A stretch of 33,434 bases of DNA, from assembly GCF_001194135.2 (NCBI RefSeq), contig NC_068982.1:132344147-132377580 (forward strand), read 5' to 3'. The notes under the pieces are model-generated. The model was not told where the DNA came from and made no database searches. It saw only the letters and a program-made list of their open reading frames with translations. Shown here piece by piece: positions 32,841-33,434 of this stretch. Every line of letters starts with the position of its first letter. The first letter of the stretch is position 1. The stretch comes from Octopus bimaculoides (lineage: Eukaryota). The position numbers and the translations under genes were made by a program.

Positions 32841-33434
32841 GCTATTTAAAACAGTTTGATTTAGCTATACACACACACACACATATGCACGTGCACACGA
32901 GGTACACACGAGTGTGCGTACCACACACACACACGCACACACCCACACACACATCTAATTTATAATTCATACTTGTTTTTTTTTCTTTAATTTTCCATTA
33001 CATATGCTCTTTATATCATAGCTAGTAACACTACTAAGTACAGTCGCAGACTAACTACTATAATAAAAGCTAACTGGATAAGGATAATCTTTGTGAGCTT
33101 TAACTCATATAACAGTAGTCATACGTCTAACTATAAGCACAATATATAAATATATATACATCACCATCCATCATCATTATTCATCATTGTCTGCTTTGGT
33201 ATGGCTTCTATGGTTGGATGCCTTTCCCAATCCCAGCCAATTTATAGAGTTTACTGGGTGTTTTTTTACATGGCACCACCATCAGCAACATGATCAAGTA
33301 CCTTGCAAGACAAGAGCCTTCAGCTGAGGGGTAATAGTATTGAGGGTAGTGGCTCTCTCTCTTCCCCTCTAATTCTCTCTCTCTTTCTTTCTCTCTCTCT
33401 CCCTCCCTCCCTTTCTATCTCTCTCTCTCTCTCT

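Overview
AT-rich eukaryotic genomic DNA from a draft short-read assembly. It has eight N gaps totalling 2,561 nt, most flanked by microsatellites. The SINE families and microsatellite load suggest an Octopus-like coleoid cephalopod, which is my inference from recalled repeat sequences. The only host gene is a minus-strand KCNQ1/Kv7.1-type voltage-gated K+ channel. Four exons are visible: 23495-23399 (S4 and S4-S5 linker), 18936-18796 (S5, turret, pore helix), 13926 to <=13844 (TTIGYGD filter and start of S6, with its 3' end lost in a gap) and 2219-2124 (end of S6 and helix A). They match human KCNQ1 exons 5-8 in size and phase. The rest is intronic and full of tRNA-type SINEs, (GAT)n-tailed SINE-like retroposons, RTE and RLE-type LINE fragments, Penelope-like (GIY-YIG) fragments and Tc1/mariner/pogo remnants. 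The most unusual items are: (1) a ~290-bp-arm palindromic element at 12701-13427, just downstream of the pore exon, with a hammerhead-ribozyme-like motif in each arm; (2) a separate hammerhead motif with a long stem II at 627-733; (3) a 316-bp MITE-like palindrome built from head-to-head telomeric repeats with an 8-bp TSD; (4) a SINE tail occupying the polypyrimidine tract of the pore exon; (5) nested inverted repeats able to form long intronic dsRNA, plus exonic codons one A-to-G change from the human KCNQ1 residue, which are candidate A-to-I editing sites. No database searches or folding programs were run.
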